Shown: in pieces, positions 49,554 to 50,843 of the stretch
Position numbering within the stretch: position 1 is the stretch's first letter
Layout: the number at the start of each line of letters is the position of its first letter
Source of the DNA: a virus
Virus record (IMG/VR): IMGVR_UViG_3300045988_175861
DNA: 50,843 nucleotides
Strand: one strand, 5' to 3'
Program-made: the position numbers and the translations under genes
Notes under the pieces: model-generated
Told to the model about the DNA's origin: nothing
What the model saw: the letters and a program-made list of their open reading frames with translations, nothing else
Databases searched by the model: none

Positions 49554-50188
49554 AAAATAGAAAAGAGCCAAGTGTCAATGTAATATACAAAGACAACCCA
49601 GTAATGCTTGACAAAGTGTTGCAAGACATACAGATTGAGCTGATTGATAATATCAAATGGCTAAATTACGCTTTTGGACGTGCATACAAACTTGTAGAGC
49701 ATAGGCCGGATGGGAATAAGTTTATATATCCAGCTGTCTATAATGGGAAAGGCGAATACGTATCTGTTCTTCCAAATGATAATTTTGGTAATTTTTCCTG
49801 GTTTGACATTTACGACCCGCAGAACATTTCATATTTTACTCCTGGAATGCCACAGATTGAGTTCAATGGTGCATTAGTATTTTGGTATAATCTCAATTCT
49901 ATATATGAAGATACTAATGTATTATATACAGAAGAAATAAAGAATGAAATTATAAGCCTTATAACTACACCCGGTTTTGTAAAACAAGGAGGCAGAATAA
50001 CACTTGGAAAAGTATATGAACGATATGAAAATGTTTATAAGAACTATTCTATAGAAAAAATATATAACAATTATGCATATAAAGGCGAAGGTATCGCGTC
50101 AATCGATAAACAATTCTTCATGTATCCGTATGCTGCCTTAAGGCTTGAGTTTAGCATAGTTGCAAAAAACATTTGTAAAAATATATAA
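49550..50188 (+). CDS. Hypothetical neck/tail protein
   Basis: 212-aa ORF, translationally coupled to the upstream gene. Confidence 0.6.
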   Translation: MKNRKEPSVNVIYKDNPVMLDKVLQDIQIELIDNIKWLNYAFGRAYKLVEHRPDGNKFIYPAVYNGKGEYVSVLPNDNFGNFSWFDIYDPQNISYFTPGMPQIEFNGALVFWYNLNSIYEDTNVLYTEEIKNEIISLITTPGFVKQGGRITLGKVYERYENVYKNYSIEKIYNNYAYKGEGIASIDKQFFMYPYAALRLEFSIVAKNICKNI

Positions 50189-50189
50189 T

Positions 50190-50447
50190 ATGCCTACATT
50201 AACACAGATTATTATGGTTTCTCTCATTACTACATTTTCGATATTACTTATTGGAAAAATTGGTTTAAGAGATGCAATTATCGAGTATTCTCCAATACTT
50301 TTGATATCGAAGTTATTTGATTGTGATTTTTGTCTAAGTTTTTGGACATCTATGCTTTTTAGCATAATTTGTGTATGCTCAACTAATGATTTATCATTTA
50401 TGTTTGTACCATTTTTCTCTGCTCCAATTGTAAGATTCTTATTATGA
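50190..50447 (+). CDS. Small membrane protein
   Basis: I moved the start to the ATG at 50190, because the track ORF from 50160 overlaps the previous gene. Three hydrophobic segments and a CDFCLSFW motif. Confidence 0.55.
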   Translation: MPTLTQIIMVSLITTFSILLIGKIGLRDAIIEYSPILLISKLFDCDFCLSFWTSMLFSIICVCSTNDLSFMFVPFFSAPIVRFLL

Positions 50448-50843
50448 AAAAGATTATCTGTAATAAAAATATTATACAAGTTTATGACGGTATAGATGAG
50501 CTTCCTATAATAAATTTTCAGAAGTTTAATAAGTTTTTGCTTATCGATTCTGGCATAGGTTCTGATATAGATGATATTGACAGGCATGCTGTATATATTG
50601 CTAAGTTGATAAACACAGACAAGGCAAAAGCATTGCAGGAATTACAGAATATGCGGCAAAATATGTATATGATTAGTAGCGAAATATCTCCTAAATATAT
50701 GGCTTTTGCATCATTGATATATAGCATAAACGGTAAAAGAGTAACTGATTATTCAGATGATAATCTAAAAAATATTATAAAAAGTATAAATACAGTTAAG
50801 CATTGTACTATACTATCATTTATTGCAAAATTTAAAAAAAAAG
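50444..50843 (+). CDS. 5' part of the wrap-around CDS that ends at 487
   Basis: The ATG at 50444 overlaps the previous stop (ATGA). The frame stays open to the end of the window and continues in frame 2 at the window start. It is missing from the ORF track because it has no stop in the window. Confidence 0.75.
   Translation, partial: MKKIICNKNIIQVYDGIDELPIINFQKFNKFLLIDSGIGSDIDDIDRHAVYIAKLINTDKAKALQELQNMRQNMYMISSEISPKYMAFASLIYSINGKRVTDYSDDNLKNIIKSINTVKHCTILSFIAKFKKK
50725..50843. repeat. Terminal overlap, copy 2 (identical to 1-119)
   Basis: Exact repeat of nt 1-119. It fits circular closure or an assembler overlap better than a physical terminal repeat. Confidence 0.9.

Larger units (their letters stand above)
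1..50843. mobile_element. Complete, circularly closed genome of a tailed (siphovirus-like) dsDNA phage; unique length 50,724 bp
   Basis: All phage modules are present: terminase, portal, scaffold, capsid, tape measure, tail fibre, lysis, replication and nucleotide metabolism. The two ends are identical over 119 nt. No integrase or host genes were seen. Confidence 0.85.

Overview
The window is a complete, circularly closed genome of a low-GC, siphovirus-like dsDNA phage. Its unique length is 50,724 bp: nt 1-119 are identical to 50725-50843, and the junction lies inside a CDS. The host is probably a member of Bacteroidota, because TAnnTTTG-type -7 promoter boxes recur and genes lack Shine-Dalgarno sequences. 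I saw no integrase or lysogeny module and no host genes.

Gene order:
- 634-12001: tape measure, tail tip and tail fibre.
- 12121-15348: small unknown genes.
- 15348-17089: holin, GH108 endolysin and a lipoprotein.
- 17478-26961: replication module (HTH regulator, PD-(D/E)XK nuclease, DUF2815-type SSB, family A DNA polymerase, primase/VirE helicase, VRR-NUC, SNF2 helicase).
- 27310-34149: nucleotide/DNA-modification operon.
- 34282-37472: leftward early module.
- 37473-39449: about 2 kb with no credible ORF, packed with repeats.
- 39450-50843, wrapping to 487: terS, terL, portal, scaffold, capsid and neck genes.

The most interesting signal is the 27.3-34.1 kb operon. It encodes a NodU/CmcH/TobZ-type carbamoyltransferase, a P-loop kinase, two thymidylate-synthase-fold paralogues and a dUTPase-family protein. 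Both paralogues carry Asp at the Asn177-equivalent pyrimidine-specificity position. I interpret this as a pathway for an O-carbamoylated 5-hydroxymethyl-pyrimidine (probably cytosine) in virion DNA.

Other signals worth a second look:
- A tRNA-like RNA with a 51-nt anticodon-arm replacement.
- A roughly 95-bp ATAAACAAT iteron element present at two loci.
- GC-rich, perfectly alternating pyrimidine-purine tracts that bracket terS.
- Two hairpins with unrelated stems but the same 13-nt loop.
- A duplicated leftward promoter module.
- A mosaic tail-fibre gene with an 80-bp in-frame direct repeat at a sharp GC jump.

All functional calls rest on motif recognition by eye. No database search was run.
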